Assembly: GCA_035084275.1 (NCBI GenBank)
Contig: CM068756.1
Location: 1,116,001 to 1,180,000, forward strand
DNA: 64,000 nt
Direction of reading: 5' to 3'
From: Hydrolagus colliei
Lineage: Eukaryota
Shown: positions 61,613 to 64,000 of the stretch, piece after piece
How positions within the stretch are numbered: position 1 is the stretch's first letter
How the letters are laid out: every line of letters begins with the position of its first letter
Translations under genes and position numbers: made by a program
The notes under the pieces: generated by a model
Databases searched by the model: none
Told to the model about the DNA's origin: nothing
What the model saw: the letters and a program-made list of their open reading frames with translations, nothing else

Positions 61613-64000
61613 ACATTTACAGTAATACAGTCATTAAGGTGTATGAACAGTTTATTTAATCAGATTTGTGTACAATAAACCATCAGATAAATGCAAACAC
61701 TGTTTGAGCCCATTCAAGTTTGTAAACCACAGTCACTGAAGGCCCAGGATCTGTGCTTAACACTGATAGAGGTTAAAAGGGGAGTTTGATGATAGATGTA
61801 AAGGCTCACGATTTTGAATAGCAAAAATCACTGAGATATCTTAGTTATCAATTTAACCTACCAATCTGTGCATAGTGGAACCTAACTTCCTTATCTCATA
61901 CCTGGTGCTGTGTTGCCATGTCAAAAATTAAGGTTTTCACAAAACATATCTGCAAAACTCAAATTAACATTTTTTTTCTGTTCAGTGCACTACTCAATAC
62001 CAGTCTTTTGTCTTCATTTAGTATTCAGTCGGTGGGACTTGTTTTACAATCCCTTTTAATCTGGCAGTTAAACTTAAATCAGTTTTATCCTGTAAATCTG
62101 TGCTCTGCTGGTAACATTTTCCATCAACTGCAATAGATTAAATTGGGGTAGGAGACTCTACACTGGTCAGTATCATCTATCCAATCAAAGGGTTAATCCC
62201 TAGACCACCCCCCCACCCCCCCTGCCACCCCCCCACCCACCCCCACCCCTCCAATCTACACCAAAAATATGGAAATGTAGGATAATTTTGACACTTCTGC
62301 TTTATGAGATAGGATCTCACAAGTAAGAATTGTTTGAAACCACCCAAATTTAGAGCGAGTACCCCATTGGAGATTTAAACATTCACTCTGCGACACTACC
62401 ATTTGCTCCCTTTAAAGAACAAAGAACAATTACTGGAGGCATTTGCTACACCAACGACTGCACCAAAGTGACAACCATCGCAACGCTACTTTGAGCGAAA
62501 ACTCCAACATGGCTAAAAAAAATTACTCGCAATCCCCCCCACGCCCCCGCACCCCCCCACTTACAATGAATCAATGGAAGTTATTGCATTTGGTTCCTTA
62601 TTGTTTCTGGTGACTGTCGAGCAACACAATCTTTTAAAATATATGTTAAAACGATCATAAGGCATAATGGAATAATTTTGATTAAATTCATCATTTCAAA
62701 TTCTTTTGTGTTGTGTGATCGTATCAGCAATAATTTGGACAAAATAATATAGCTGGATTGAATTATAATACTCGTATTTGTTAGGTAGGCATGCATCAGC
62801 CATTAGGCTTATATTGAAAGACTTCAACCCCCGCCTTCTCTTATTTGATCAAAAACTGCAAGGATAGGATAAGATAGGCCTGGAGCCTTGGGGCATTTTT
62901 ATCTTGCTTTTACCACAAGGACAAAAACAGGTTCAAGTTAAATGTTCAAAGGGAAGCGCGACTATTAGGTTGAAAATGATTTTGCAAACATTGTATGAAA
63001 GAAAGCTGGAAGCAGTACGATAGGGAAAAATGTCCAAAATGTTTTAATTTTTTTTAGCTTCTTAGATGGACCGACTGTCAGGGAAAAAAAAAACCATTAC
63101 GTTCTCACACAATGAAATGAAATAAAACACTTTGTTATATTTTCCTGCTTCATAACCATGTGCCATACACGGCAATTTAAAGGAGATCAAAGGTCACCCA
63201 CTGGAACTATTTTTCATTTGATTCCATGACTGCTAATGACATTGCTCTGCTAAAGAAAAGGAGCAGTGAGGCAGGCACAAAATTGGTTTTGAAGTATTCT
63301 AAAATTAAAAATATATGCTCTTTGCATACGATTAAAGTACATGTCACGAGAAAGAAAAGACGATATAATAAAATATTTAAAAATGCCTCCATTCTTACTG
63401 AAAGTTATAGCTCAAAAATGAATTCATAATGTAATATGCATCTTATGATCCTTTGCAACTGACAATTTAGAATATTAACTCTGTACTGGATCAATATCCT
63501 TCTTATAATAACAGAAAGCATGTGACACATAATTAAAAGAATTGTGGTGGTTTGTGGTAAGGGAAGAACATTTTGCAGTTCTTTTGGAAAAACTGCTCAA
63601 ATAACACATTCTCATTTTGGAATGAGATGCGCATTTTTGTCTATTGCCAAACAAGACTCGATTGAAAGCTGAATAATACTATCCCAACTTCATTAAGTAT
63701 AACACCAGGTCGGAATCTAGTTCAACAAAGTAGCACATTCTTGCTGTTCACATGACATAGGAAAGATCACTTGAATTTCATTCTCACAGTAGAAACATCA
63801 TCTGAAATGCTGGCACTTCCTTGCTAATGCAATGTGTATTATTCCAGACAGATTAAATATGGTTTTTGAAAGATGCGGCTACTGTGCTTCATTCAGTTAT
63901 TTGCAATTAGATCTTATCATATTAATGCAAGGTGCGTGACCTAGTGACTGGGCAAGGCTCATAGATTCAAGGTTAGATAAAGATAAAATACAACACAATA

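Noticed and set aside
62205-62252. C-tract array with G-quadruplex potential on the minus strand
   Set aside because: Simple low-complexity sequence, with similar tracts elsewhere (1647, 44515) and no functional context.
1-64000. CRISPR arrays, prokaryotic operons, rRNA or intact autonomous transposons
   Set aside because: None seen. The sequence is vertebrate intronic/intergenic DNA and all LINE pieces are short and decayed.

Overview
This is AT-rich vertebrate genomic DNA. The repeat families point to a cartilaginous fish, probably chimaera-like (inference): tRNA/Deu-domain SINEs with (TAT)n tails, L2 LINE 3' ends with (TTG)n tails, CR1 3' ends and a Penelope-type end. The window holds the 5' part of a large minus-strand spliced gene for a coiled-coil protein. 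Its CpG-island promoter lies at ~44.3-46.0 kb. Exons 44885-44798, 42447-42293 and 32800-32672 splice in frame; further exons lie at 19443-19321 and 10128-9993, and the gene probably continues off the left end. Nearly all ORFs in the supplied track are spurious or repeat-derived. The most striking unexplained signal is a set of transposon-poor non-coding blocks packed with nested stem-loops whose imperfect positions are mostly G-T, i.e. G.U wobbles on the + strand. The main block is ~11.8-15.65 kb, antisense within an intron. Others lie at ~1.2-1.65 kb, ~51.5-55.7 kb and ~56.5-60.6 kb. Together they suggest one or more very large structured + strand RNAs. The helices were found by eye and need folding and covariation tests against shuffled controls. 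Also present are two CTCF-like sites, strongly GC-shifted SINE copies at the promoter, and an assembly gap (9606-9792).
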